From NCBI GenBank assembly GCA_040954595.2, contig CM082587.2, positions 3,666,275 through 3,730,274 on the forward strand: a stretch of 64,000 nt of DNA. Direction: 5' to 3'. The stretch comes from Balanoglossus misakiensis. Its lineage: Eukaryota > Animalia > Hemichordata. Below are positions 53,201-64,000 of the stretch, one piece after another. The notes beneath the pieces were generated by a model that was not told the origin of the DNA, made no database searches, and was given only the letters and a program-made list of their open reading frames with translations. Position 1 is the stretch's first letter; each line of letters opens with the position of its first letter. Made by a program: the position numbers and the translations under genes.

Positions 53201-53693
53201 TTATTTACCAGCACAATGCAACGCGCTGGCAGCTTCATTTCGCTGGTGAACGAGCAAGTGTGGTCCACGCAGAAACCCTTTGTTCAATAACTCTCAGGTA
53301 AGGCAATTTCAATTAGAAGGTATTATTCTTGAAAGCATGAGTCGCCGAGACAATCTGGGAGTCTTTTCTTACTATTTCTGGTTTCGTGCCTGCCCCGGCT
53401 GTTTTTGGTTTCCCAGGTGCAGATGACCACAGAGCTTTTGTCTCCGGGCCCTGTCTCCACGAGACCAGCTGCGCGCAAATTGGCCATCGATGGCCATTTT
53501 TTTCTTCTTCAGAAAACGCATAGTCAGTTACGCGTGCATTTGTCTGGTTTACATGCTGAAGCATAAAAATAAGGACGTTTTCGACCGAAGTGAAGACAAA
53601 CTTATTTTGAAGTCGCCGACGTTCTCCTCTCTAAACTTTTTAAATCCGTTCTCTAAAATTACTTTACAGAAATTTCTTGTGGATCTAGAGTGT

Positions 53694-55006
53694 ATGCCAA
53701 GCATCATGTTGCCAAGGCCGTTGATCATATGCACTCTAATACTGTTCATCGGAGTCGTCACCGACGCACAGTCAAGGAAACCAAAAGTATGTGAGATTAT
53801 ACTTCGTACGATACTAACTTTAAATTCAAACCACGTCAATACAAATCTGGCAAGTGGCTTTATAGCTTCTAACTGATTTGTTTTGCGTTTGGTAACGGCA
53901 TACCCAACGTCCATGTTATACAGAGCTCAAATGATTGGTTTCTAGCACTTGTGACCCACAGGTGCATAGACCAGCAACCTCATGTCCCATTCCATGCACC
54001 TGTTGACTGACCCACGTATCCTTGTCCGACGCATTCAGTGCTCGCTCATGTCCACGTACATTGTGTTTCATATACTAGTATTCTTTCTATAGGCATGTAC
54101 GTGGGGAGATGTCGATTTCTGCGAAAGATTTCTAAGCACCTACGTGGGTAACCCAGACAACTGGAGCGCTGATGAAGACAAGAAAAGCGTCCTGTACTGT
54201 GATTTTGTTAAGGTGAGAGATAAGCTGTCCAGTATGGCTTGTAAAGGTTGTTACCAGTTATAAAAACACAGATTGGACTTCGACCACAGAAATGCACATC
54301 TGAAGGGATGCACTGTTCATTGCACTCTTGGTCGCAATTGGTTGCTATGGTAAGACAACTACATTGGTACTTACGTCTTGTCTTCTGTGATTCTATTTCA
54401 GCTCCGTTTAAACTGTCTTGAAAGTTTAAACTGTGACGTCGACGACACTCCCAACAAAAAACTGCCTCTGAACATCACTCTGTGGAAGTCCTTGATTGCC
54501 CCTGGCCTCGAAAATATGATTAATCTCAACTTATGCGCCGATGAACCGAAAAGTAAGTCATTAGTCCGCATGTTGCTCAGATCTTTTGATAAAACTAGAA
54601 TCATTAGGTCACCTGTTCTGTGATGTGACACAACTTGAGATAGACACCATACTTATGAGCCCTTTTCTCAATCGCTGTTCGGTGTTCTTTTTCAGCACCT
54701 CTGCCAGTAAGACCTCAAGATCCATGCAGCGAATATTCGGTTACGAAGAGATGCATGGACGAATTGTCCGATTACTTGAAGTCGCCCTACGCTATGACGT
54801 GCGTGGCCATGCTCAAAGCAGGGCCCTGTTTCATCCGGGGGCGTGCCAGGTGCCAAGTCCATCGCACAGCCAGCGCAGATTTACCAACAAACTTGCCAAA
54901 CCCATATCACATCATCGCAGCAGAGGGAAGATGTCGAATGATTTGGGATGAACGTTTACTCCGACGCCAAGAGAGATGGAGACGTCAACACCACAGAGAT
55001 AACTAA
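53694..55006 (+). CDS. Uncharacterised secreted cysteine-rich protein, 4 coding exons, 224 aa, signal peptide plus two 6-Cys modules
   Basis: Exons 53694-53786, 54093-54212, 54402-54552, 54696-55006; donors GTATGT, GTGAGA, GTAAGT; pyrimidine-rich acceptors; phases 0, 0, 1 join without a stop. N-terminus MPSIMLPRPLIICTLILFIGVVTDA-Q is signal-peptide-like. Probable non-coding first exon with donor CAG|GTAAGG at 53297. Confidence 0.85.
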
Positions 55007-55681
55007 TAGTAATACCCATGCAATTTTAAGGTGATCTGCCCAATTGCAGATTTTCACTTGGATGGCCAAGTGAAACAACATATGAGCATAGAAGATAGTC
55101 ATTTTGAGCTTTGACATATACATGTCTTTTTTTATTGTTCTTCACTTTATACCAAAACTTAAAGAGCAAAGGGCCATGCCATGAAATCAAAGCAGAAAGA
55201 ATCTACATTAAATTGTTACCAAATTATGCAAACAATTTGAAATCTAGTCAGAAATAGAACACTTAACTCACTCAGTTTCTAATGTAAAATCTTGTCAGTA
55301 ACATAAACTTGGCAGTGTTGAAAATAACATTTAAGTTTGAAATAGAACAAATGCCCATGCTTTACAATGCCACAGTAATACATAAATTGTACTTGCATTA
55401 ATGCGTTTAGAAAACCACAATTTAAAATAAAACTACATTGAACCTGGTATGGTGTAATATTATCACTAGTAATAGTATGACATAACATTGAAGCAATTGA
55501 TAGTTTTATCATAATTTGAAGAAAGTTCACTTCTGGATTATAATATAATGTTATAACAGTATTCACTTGTTGATTATATATTGTTAATGTGTTATAACAG
55601 CATAGTAGATCTAGAGTGCATCTCTTCTGCTATCCAGAGACATTGCCCGACCTCGGCGCGTGGAGCCATGATGCATGGAGG

Positions 55682-58630
55682 TCACAGGTCGCTGGTGTCC
55701 ACTATGACACGCAGGAAAGCTGTGTCGTCCTTCACGTAGGCGCGTTTGCCGTCCTCTAGCATCGACAGCGGCATGAAGAGGGGACATCCGCTTGCGATGT
55801 TCATGTCGCCCGTCGGACGTTTGAAGGAGGACGAGGTGGGGTCCGGTCGGAACGCGTCGATCATGGGCTCGTGGTCGTTCTGGTCGATCCACATGAAGGT
55901 GACCTTCTGTCTGAACGGCCACCGCAGGATGGCGTCGTTCTCGCCCTTCATGATGACGAAGAAGAGCGAGATGTGGTTGCCTTTCCCCATGCCGTCGCCG
56001 TTCAGGTAGATGCGCGCGCACATCTTGTACCCGAACTGACTCGTGAAGAAGTAGGGCGAGTACAGCGACAAGGTCCGGCCGGCGATTGAATCGCGCCGCT
56101 TCCGCCCGAATTCAGATATCTTCCACGTCAGAATGCCGCCGTAAGAGGCCATCTCCAGCGACTGAATGCGCAAGTCCTGCTCGGCGAGGGCCACGTCTTT
56201 AAGGGCGATAATACGATCTTGGGCTTTCGTCTTTCTTTCCAGCGCCTCCAGAGTGCTGCGAAATTTCTTCTCCTCTATCTTGATTCTCTGAACCGAGTCG
56301 GCGTTCTGTTCCACGTCCTCGTTCAGGGTCACCACGACCGCTTCGTAGGTGGCCACCTTTGTTTCCAGAATGCCCGTCTTGTTTTGCAACTCGCTGGACG
56401 TTCTCCCGCTCTTCTCGAGCATCTGAGACACCGTTTGGATGTCGCCCTCTACGGGGAGCTGCGACTCTGCGGGAGTCGTCGGCCAACTTCTCAGACTCAG
56501 GTCGTTCTCCAGACGCTCCAGGTGAAGTCGCAAGGTGGTTAGAATGCCATCGTGGTCCTGCACCGTTGCGTTGAAATGATGATACGGCTGTTGCACGTTC
56601 AATTTGATGTATTCTCCGAAATCCCTGAGTTTGCACACTCCCTGCAGAAGTAACTGCTGGTGATACTCAAATGCGATGGCGCTGTGTTCAGCTTCCTTTC
56701 CCACCTCAACCTGTAAAAGGATTATTGGTTTGCATGAGTCATTCCGGGGAAATGAAAGGTAGCATTCAACCAGTAAAAAAATAAATACTGTTGAATGTAA
56801 AATCAGAGACATCTGCACAACAATTGTACAATCATTGACAAATCAAATCAACTTACTGGAGTCTTGCATCCAATGTCATGAAATTTGCAGGGTTGCATTT
56901 TCCTTGGGCAATCCCCAACTTCTATATCAATGTGTTCTTGTATCTAAAGAATATAAAAAACACCACATCAGCATCTATGTACACAGACATGTTTTATATC
57001 CAGTTCTGCCACTATTCCCTTTGATTCTTTGCAATCATATGATGTACCTGTATGGTAAAACATTCAAAACTCTTTTTGGCAAGATAGATTGGCTTTCCTA
57101 CCTTTTCACGGATCACTTTCTGACCACAGTATTCGCAGTTCACTGGAACTTTACCGCAAACTGTCAGGTGGGTCTTGTAAAAGTAAGCAATAAAAGAAAT
57201 CTGTCAAAAATCGTCTGGCTGGTTTCAGTTCACCATAGTGTATATAGAGAGGGGCAGAGAAGATATAAACTGCTAGTGTGTGCAACTCGACAGCAGCTGG
57301 TTGATGTGCTGTTCTGTGGCCAGCACTACTTCGCACTGTCGTACAAGCTTACACTATACCTGCATTTCTTTAGCTACGACATCCTCTCTGCAGAAATCGC
57401 AGTGAATCACTCGCATTATGCAGTCATCAGTTAGGTGCGCCTCCATATCGTTACTCGGTATCTGCTCCGGACAGCCGCGTCTCGCGCAAGGAATCAGTCT
57501 ATATCCGCAAGACCGTTCATGAGTCTGAAAACAAACATAGATGCTTACTTACACCAAACCACAACTCCATTCAAACTGGAGTGAACTGGCTCAAACTGAC
57601 CGACTGTGATTTTTTAATGACACGTAAGTATGCAATAGTATCACTGATTCGGACGGAGGCGTAAGGTAACTATTTGTACCTCGTAGGTGTTAAATAAACC
57701 CTGCCACTTGCATCCCGGATGGCTACATCTCGTTTCCAAATCTCTCATTTCCCGCTTAATTGCTCTATCCGGATGTATCTGGAAAATGAACATGGAAAAT
57801 ATAACAAGCATTTGTTTTAATGTTATACAGAGTAGAACAATAAACCACTGAGTCTGTCTTGCATTGTGCCAAATTGACATCTGGAAAATATAATATAGTA
57901 TTACACCAACAGCCTGTATAGATTACGACACAGGTTATCAGTGAATTTTAATATATTAAAGTGGTCAGGAATACTGTCATTTTTTCTGAAAATCTGCGCC
58001 GAGGGGCCCCTCATTACATTCATATAAGCAGCAAGAAAATCCACCTTGTCATTTTAAACCGACTCAGAATAAGCTGTTATTATGAAATACTTACAGTATC
58101 AACTTTCAATATGCTGTCGTCAGAAGGGTCTTCCATGTGACAGATTGGGCATTCAGTGTGTACACCGTCTCTATGAATGCAACAATCAAACGAAATTGGT
58201 TACACTCGGATCGGCTGTAAGATATCACTGTGTAGCAATATGGCATCAAATGATTATAAAATACAAGCTGCCAAAAGAAAAAGTTGGTGATATGAACCAG
58301 CTGTAATCATAGTCAAAATATCCCAGGCTCACATCCACCCCCCAGTTCCCTTTTTGGAGGACCAACCTTACCATAGAAAACAATGGGTTTGGACTAAACC
58401 ACGGTGGTGAAAGGGTAAGCACGTGACATCAATGTGATGCTTGCCATACATGTAGATGTTTTATGCAGTACATGTACTTACCCTTCGAGTAATTCGTTCA
58501 AACAACTACTGCAAAACCGATGTCCACACAGACTTTGTTGGGGGTCTTTCAAAAGCAAGTTGCAGTAGGTGCAGAGGAATTTTTCTGCTCTGTCTTCCTC
58601 AGCAAGGATTGTTACAGGATAGCCAGGCAT
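55682..58630 (-). CDS. TRAF2: TNF receptor-associated factor, TRAF2-like (RING, zinc fingers, coiled coil, MATH), 7 coding exons, 558 aa
   Basis: Exons 58630-58482, 58170-58095, 57778-57680, 57524-57360, 57173-57102, 56943-56857, 56710-55682. RING CTYC...CGHRFCSSC...CPIC; MATH GYKMCARIYLNGDGMGKGNHISLFFVIMKG..DAILRWPF.QKVT, DAFRPDPTSSSFKRP..DMNIASGCPLF. Assignment within the TRAF1/2/3/5 group is by resemblance only. Confidence 0.92.
58331..58415. mobile_element. Degenerate second copy of the 85-bp mini-MITE, in a TRAF intron
   Basis: ACCATAGAAAACAA.GGGTTTGGA...AACCA.GGTGGTGAAAGGG shared with the 44870 element; left TIR eroded. Confidence 0.7.
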
Positions 58631-59613
58631 CTCTTTGTGTCTGACCTTGCCAATGCTTCCCCAACACACAGACAGGATATATGCAGTGAGGAACTTGCGA
58701 TTTCTTCACAACCAGATCTGTGGAACACCTTATTTGCCTAGAGGCAACATTCGGTTTATAATAACAATATCCTACATGAATTGAGCTGACACAAAATCTC
58801 TCGGCCACTTCCCAACATCATTCGGACGAGGAAGGGTAGGGCTAGGACAGCCGCTTGAAATGTGTGCGTTGTTTACACGGCGATGATAGGAGCGATCGCC
58901 GTGTATAAACATGGCACAAATTTCAAGCGACTGTGGGTGCATACGTGAAATTGAGGGCGGGAATCAATGTGTACCTGTGGATACTATATTCCAAATTCAC
59001 TACAGTCATGTAAATCCTGTGAATGAACCAATGAAAATACTACCTGCCGAACCTTTACTTAACCAGCTTGATCGCTGGGTACTGTTTGTTTATGCCAAGT
59101 GTTGTCGATGTCGACGCCATGTTGGATTCGGGAAAACTTAGCTAGCTAGGGAGCTTTTATTTGCATATGTGAACCCCCTCCCCATTGCTAAAATGTTAGC
59201 CCTCCATGTACACCATTTGGACATGTTTTATAGTTTATTTAACTTAGGCCTAGGCCTATATCATTTATATTTTCTATGTTTGTGCCGGTATTACCCACTC
59301 CGAGGCCAGTACTTGAAGGCAATCTCACTCACGTATTTATATTTACCTCAGGCAAGCTCAGACAAAACTTAAATACAATGTTGATGAGCACAACTTTCGC
59401 CATAACTGGCGCAAAATCAGACGTGACCAGAGGCGAGTAGGCTACGCAGCATTAATTTAATTAAACTCGTCTTAAAGGATCAGACAACCTCTCGGTATAG
59501 TGTATCCTCTTACGAAAGATTTTAACCAGGGATGAGGTAGAGCCGTGGGGAAATGATCGTATCATTCATTCATTCAGTTGCCCGCTCGCATCTCGTCCGA
59601 TTTCGCCGTGAAA

Positions 59614-61995
59614 ATGGGCCTGCTGCCGCGTATTCCGGACAACCTTTTCCGTTTTTTGGTTTTGATTGTGACTCTCATGGTTTTGTGGCTACTAATTCAT
59701 CCAGGTAAGAAGTTGTGAGTTGTTGACGCGAACTTGAGACAGAGGGTACCCGTCCTCAGTTCTAAGCGAATGAATCGTGTGGCATTTTTTGCGCAATTGC
59801 AACCCGTTCGCCGGACTCGAACAAAATTGACATTACATGTTTTTCGCATATTTTCGCCATCATCATCAGCACTGTTCAAAGTTTCCCTTTATTTCCAGCA
59901 ACAATACTCATAAGTACATGTACCTGCATTTTATTAATCAAAAGAGTATCGTTGACATTAAGAAATTATTTTTGCAGGTCAAGTTATAAATAGAAGTCAG
60001 TATGAGGACAGGGAAACTAAGGTAAACTATAAATGTTAACTTACAATATTTTGCTAGTATGATACAGGCTCGGTGTGTTTGTACAAGACGAACCAGAAAA
60101 AAATAACGATATCATGTCTTTACTAACAATGTATTCCACACAAGTCTCAGTTCAATTGCCCATTTTAGAAGCCTCCATCACCTATGCAAATTCAACGACA
60201 GGTACCACCAGAAAGTTGATATCTGGCCAATCACAAGTTTTCCCGGGGTGGAAAAAATACTCCACCAAACGGTCATTTTAATACTTGGACACGCCCCTTT
60301 AACCATATCTAGGAGTAGGTCTATGTATGATTGTACATGTATTACCTTTAACTACGATTAGGAGGCGAAACAAGACAAAACTGTAAGCTATGTTATCGAT
60401 CCAGCGGTTGAAGCTATCCTCACTGAAGACCAGTTCAGTGGCCTGCTTATCGACATTGTCACGAGGCCAACTTACACCTGTAGCGATGTCCGACGAATGG
60501 GTGTACCTTTGCCAGCAGATGGGGGATACAACGTCTGTATGGATATCAGTATAAATCCAAACCGATGTATCGTGTATTCGTTCGGGTAGGCCTAAGTGAT
60601 GCAACATTGCTATCTGAATTGTGGTGTCATAATATCACAGAAAGCAAATACACAGTACTCTTTTTGGTGGCAATATAAAGAAATTACACATGGACACATT
60701 TTGTTTGCATATACTGGTGCTTTAATCTTTCGTACATTACTGATTAGTAAATACAGTGACGACCACTGAATTAAATAGACAGGTACATTGCTGTCAATCA
60801 TCTTCGATGTCACGTTCATTTGCTGACCGTACTCTATGTTTATTATTGTATTGTTCTAGGATCGCTCAAAAATGGTCGTTTGACGATGACATGGGAGACT
60901 ACGGTTGCAATGTGTATAGTTTTGACCCATTGTAAGTATGATCATGCGGTTTCAAAAAGCAAATAGTTTTCTGCTCAAGTACGTATACAATTGGAAAATT
61001 TGATCGAGTCTTTTTTAAAACGGGATACTTCTTTATTGCAGTAACGGGTTGCTCGAACATCAACGTTCTGACCGAGTTTGGTTCTATGACATCGGGCTTT
61101 GTGACGAGGATAATGACAGTCATTTGCATCATCTCAAAGACGTGGATATCAAATGTAGAACTCTGGAGTCTGTCAGGAATATGTTAAACCATGAAAAGGT
61201 AATGGCATTGGAATTTGATGTTCAGTCATTGGTGAGGTCGCAAAATGCCCACTTCCGCTTTAGACGGGACACAATGGTCAATAGGCCTACCAGTCACGGT
61301 GTTTCCGTGCGACTTAAATAAACGCATGTTGTTTTTGGCAGACACTTTCAGGCTAGCCTGGTTTCGTACTGATGGTCACAAGATGACCTTCGGGTATTTT
61401 TAAGACAAGGTATTGTGTTCGAAGTTAGGACAGGGATAATGTATTACGTCGCCTATTGTTATTTTGTTTCCTGGCGTAATCCAAGATGGCTGCCGGAGGA
61501 CATCTGATAGTAGTTTCAATTGCCATTACTCACATACGCTTAAATCCATTTGTGTTGCTTCTACATGTATGATTTAATTCAAAATGACCACCACTGTATT
61601 ACATGATTGTTGCCACAATTACCCTGTTTTTTTTCAAACATTTCCTGTCTTATTTACAGAGAGACATTGATGTTCTTAAAATCGATATAGAAGGAGATGA
61701 ATTGACATGTCTGCCTCAGATCATGTCGAGTGGTGTCCTCAGTCACGTGAAGCAGCTGATTTTCGAACTGCATGCGAAGAAGCTCCTTACACAATTTAAG
61801 TCCACGGCCTCTTACGTGTTCAAGCTTATGAGGAGACTGCGGCATGACTACGGGTTTCAGCTTTGGTCAGTGCACGAAAACGAAATGGTCCCCATTGTCA
61901 CTTATGGACCATACGCGGGAAATCACAGCAGATGTTTCGAGCTTTCATGGATAAATACAAGGTTTTTGAAGGTGGATACACAAACAGAGGAATGA
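59614..61995 (+). CDS. METTL24: Methyltransferase-like protein 24 family (Methyltransf_22/FkbM-like) with N-terminal signal anchor
   Basis: Exons 59614-59704 (MGLLPRIPDNLFRFLVLIVTLMVLWLLIHP), probably 60169-60201, then 60405-60585, 60860-60931, 61042-61198, 61660-61995. Motifs: C..VRRMG....DGGYNVC, CIVYSFGI...WSFDD.M..YGC.VYSFDP, IDVLKIDIEG.E, VKQLIFELH, CFELSWIN. Stem exons between 59705 and 60404 are uncertain. Confidence 0.88.
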
Positions 61996-64000
61996 AGATA
62001 ACATTACTATGTGCGCTTCGTTCCTTTCGCAACGTCAGGATTGATTGCACATGATCAAATGGCTATAGAGCCACAATGTATTTCATGTTGGGTGTACCAT
62101 GTGTTTTTTAGACTGAATATTATATTTATTTCAATACATAACCTTTTTAGAATATTACTTTAAAATGTGTGCGCTATTCCACATCTCATAAAAAATGGTG
62201 ATTATGACGACGATGAATTATAAAGGTAGATTGGTGGTGGTTAATCAGAGTAACGTAAAGATTTTATTGTGTATGGAAATAAACGTATATCCAAGGCAAT
62301 AAACCACATACACGATACACGTCGATGTAAAGATTCCTTTACGTATGCTGTGTTCTGTGTACGTAAATACGCAAAAAAGAATATGCTAAAAACTTTTTCA
62401 CAAGCGTTTTGTCAATGCAATAGTTCCAGAGCATATACATGTAAATCGACAGGTGTCATATATAGCGCCACCACCATTCGTGGTACGGCCCCCTTCTTTT
62501 TTCCCAATTTCTCTCCAGGACGACAATGATGTCCTCACGCTCGTATACTGTCAACTCGGTGAGTACGGTGTGCTTTGACGTCAACCTAAAGCGGACAGGG
62601 AGCCCCTGTGTGTGTTATTTTTATTCTCACTTATATCGACTGCCAGTGCACGGCGGACACAAGACCAAATCATTTCGGATACGCCACAATTGCGACGTTG
62701 AGGTCAATATAATTTTCTAACACTGGCAACGACCGAATCCTATTGACTGTAGTCACAACAAGGCCAGTCTGTCCACCGGTTCAATTTCACGTTTTCATTG
62801 TACATAGAACTTGAACTACAGTGGACGATAGGTAAAACCATAACCAACTGGCACGCGACTGTTGCATGTTTGGATAACATGCCGCGACTTGAGTCCAAGA
62901 TTTCACCACGACAACGCTGTGCCTTTCACAATTCAAGGCACCGTCGCAGGTCGATATCAAAGCCTCAGAAAGGTTGTCCTCGTGCTCAGCATATTACATC
63001 ATTCACACACCTGTTGTACGCCATTTGAAGAATGACGTCACAAAAGAACTGGCCAATCAGAAGAACGCCATGACACCGTTGATCTCGAAGCTGCTGAAAA
63101 CTTTGATCCTCTCCACACGACGCTGATGAACATTGGAACTGCCTTTGACTGCAACGCTGGGATAATTGGCTGCGAATTCGTGTTTGCCGACAGCGTTCCT
63201 CTTGCGTGGACAAGCGACAATGGTACTGGTCACGTGGTCTTTAGAGATGATGTTGGGTCAGCATTAGATATTGTGGTCATTCCAGACAATATTGAGATGA
63301 CACATAGAAGATGCCCGATACAACCAATTCTACAAGGTAGGGGTAAGAATTACGCTTATTGGTTATTTTTTTTTAATTTTGGAACACCAAGGGTGCAAAT
63401 TTAAGCAGCATTGCTATATTTTGGGGCACATAAGGCAGTATCTATTGGTACAATCACAGACAAATGTCTGTGGTACAATTAGGTGCAAGGGGTCTGCCCA
63501 GAACGGCCATATTCATTGTAAAATATTGCAAACAAACCATAAAAGGTGTCCTCCCCACATACACAATCACTCCAAAGAAACTGCTCCAGAGACAGACAAC
63601 TCACAACGGTCTAGAAGCTTATTTGCATAAATGTTTTGCATACAATTCATTTAAATATATTTTCATCGTGGACGCAGAGAAGCCCATACAGGCACATACA
63701 CATACAAAAGAGATAAAACTACCGTACTGGAAAAAATGGGATAAAAACACTGGGAGCCAGGATATATGAAATCAACAGATCTTTTGTCAATGGTGTGCAT
63801 ATATGTATTTCTAAAATAAACCCTTTTGAATTTTATTTTCGCTATATAGTGACATACAGTCTTTTGTGTGGTAAAACATTTTATTACCGCCTAGAGTTAA
63901 AATTAAATTTACATTCTGTAAAAGAAGTTTTGCAACAGAGGAATCCCATTTATAGTAAGCTTTATACTGAGTTTCGAACCATATGTTACGGGACGGATGA

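Noticed and set aside
55611-56636. Several overlapping ORFs within the last TRAF exon
   Set aside because: Alternative-frame and antisense shadows of GC-rich coding sequence.
56835-57434. 199-aa plus-strand ORF antisense to TRAF
   Set aside because: TTG start, crosses TRAF exons and introns, no recognisable domain.
62269-63769. Short overlapping ORFs at the right end of the window
   Set aside because: No consistent exon chain or protein motif could be built on either strand.

Overview
Animal genomic DNA with GT-AG spliceosomal introns, microsatellites and DNA-transposon relics; probably an invertebrate bilaterian (inference). Exon structures were built by hand. The right half (35.8-62 kb) is gene-dense: aminopeptidase B (RNPEP-like, 12 exons, minus) head-to-head with endophilin B (SH3GLB-like, 9 core exons, plus); a 4-exon gene for a 224-aa secreted protein with two 6-Cys modules that the ORF track only shows in pieces; a TRAF2-like gene (minus); and a METTL24-like gene (plus). 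The left 30 kb has no recognisable protein domain apart from a retroelement fragment. It looks like the 5' region of a large minus-strand gene, with several candidate ATG-containing first exons that all end at a phase-2 donor and six perfect CRE palindromes. It also holds a 2.77-kb Foldback-like element built from 31-bp and 10-bp modules, which contains a nested MITE and a decayed Penelope-like reverse transcriptase fragment. Best leads: the secreted double-module protein; two candidate small cassette exons in endophilin B at the position of the vertebrate neuron-specific exons; the Foldback/RT composite; and the first-exon array. No CRISPR, tRNA or rRNA was recognised.
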